Source of the DNA: Lingula anatina
Taxonomy: Eukaryota > Animalia > Brachiopoda
Assembly (NCBI GenBank): GCA_051362555.1
Contig: CM120646.1
Coordinates: 3,038,001 to 3,102,000, forward strand
Direction: 5' to 3'
Length of the DNA stretch: 64,000 bases
Under the pieces are notes generated by a model. That model saw only the letters and a program-made list of their open reading frames with translations. It was not told the origin of the DNA and did no database searches. Positions 63,081-64,000 of this stretch are shown piece after piece. Position numbers and translations under genes: made by a program. The first letter of the stretch is position 1, and the number at the start of each line of letters is the position of its first letter.

Positions 63081-64000
63081 CTGTACCACGCCTGACAGGG
63101 GACAAAAACAGTGGATAACTGCACTCGCCAACCTGTGGCTGTCATAACAGTCATCCCATACCGGTTGCGATGCCGGGAGTTCACCCAGTGCAAGCTGCTT
63201 CTTTGGATTAGTCGATAGCACAAGAAAATGTGGTTTCTTCCGATAAAGAAAATAAACAATGCCCGATAAAAAAGGGTCCCGCACACGCGCCTCCCAAGTG
63301 TTATTTCCTGTAGAGCTCGTGCCTATTATGAACGCCAAATTAGACTTGGTTGGTGCACGGTTCATTAAGTGAGCTGGTCCTGAATTAAGAACGGAGTCTC
63401 GTTCTATTTCAGTCCTAGCGCGGCGGATGGGGCTTCAATCACGGCACTCAGAAATGAAATTTTGCTTTTGCCTTTTGTTCCTGCCGCGTTGAATAACACT
63501 GTCGGTCATAGAGCGTGCTTACGAAGACGTATGAGTAGTTAAATCGCTGACTTAACATGTATTTTTTGATTCGCACCAGCTGTCCGACTATGTTACAAAA
63601 ACATCCTATTATTACAAAAGACATGGGGAGAGTATTTTTCGGGAACTCGCCCAATCATTCAGAGGGATTGGCACTAAATGCCCTTATGCGCGTGAACCCT
63701 ATCAAACCGCCTTCACCTTAACACAAGTGAACACTGAACTTCATATCTGATATACACTTTTTGAGAATAAATGAATATTCAAGGTGCACTCTATTCGACC
63801 ACACAGAGCCTTTACTACCTATGAAATCCGCATTCGCATGCAGTGAGCCTTTCCAACTTTAGGCGCGGACATGATCCCAGTCTTGTAGCATTCTGGTTAT
63901 ACAACCAGCCAGGCACCTTGTAGTCACGTATACAGGTACACAGGTACCTTTCGCACGTACGCGTGAAATCACGGATAGCCTGGGATGCTTTGTATGAAAC

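Overview
AT-rich, intron-containing animal genomic DNA, most likely from a marine invertebrate (inferred; the species cannot be named from sequence alone). From left to right the window holds: (i) the last 45 codons of a + strand gene that runs in from outside the window; (ii) a 5-coding-exon - strand gene (1429-4883) for a secreted ~416-aa protein with a Gly/Lys-rich N-tail and two homologous ~150-aa helical repeats bracketed by LTxxQ-like motifs, resembling bacterial periplasmic Spy/CpxP/ZraP-type proteins (candidate horizontally acquired, intronised gene; the most unusual feature here); (iii) a repeat-rich stretch with at least two PIF/Harbinger-type foldback MITE families, a near-perfect 257-bp palindrome, an L2-type LINE 3' remnant and microsatellites; (iv) two convergent SLC16/MCT-family transporter paralogues (32838-37737 +, 632 aa; 42356-47052 -, 717 aa) that differ by one intron, lack the canonical H+-coupling residues and have opposed poly(A) signals about 40 nt apart; (v) a long non-coding upstream region with candidate alternative promoters and clustered CRE motifs. 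No tRNA, rRNA or CRISPR was seen. Exon coordinates were derived by hand from GT-AG sites and frame continuity. No database searches were run.
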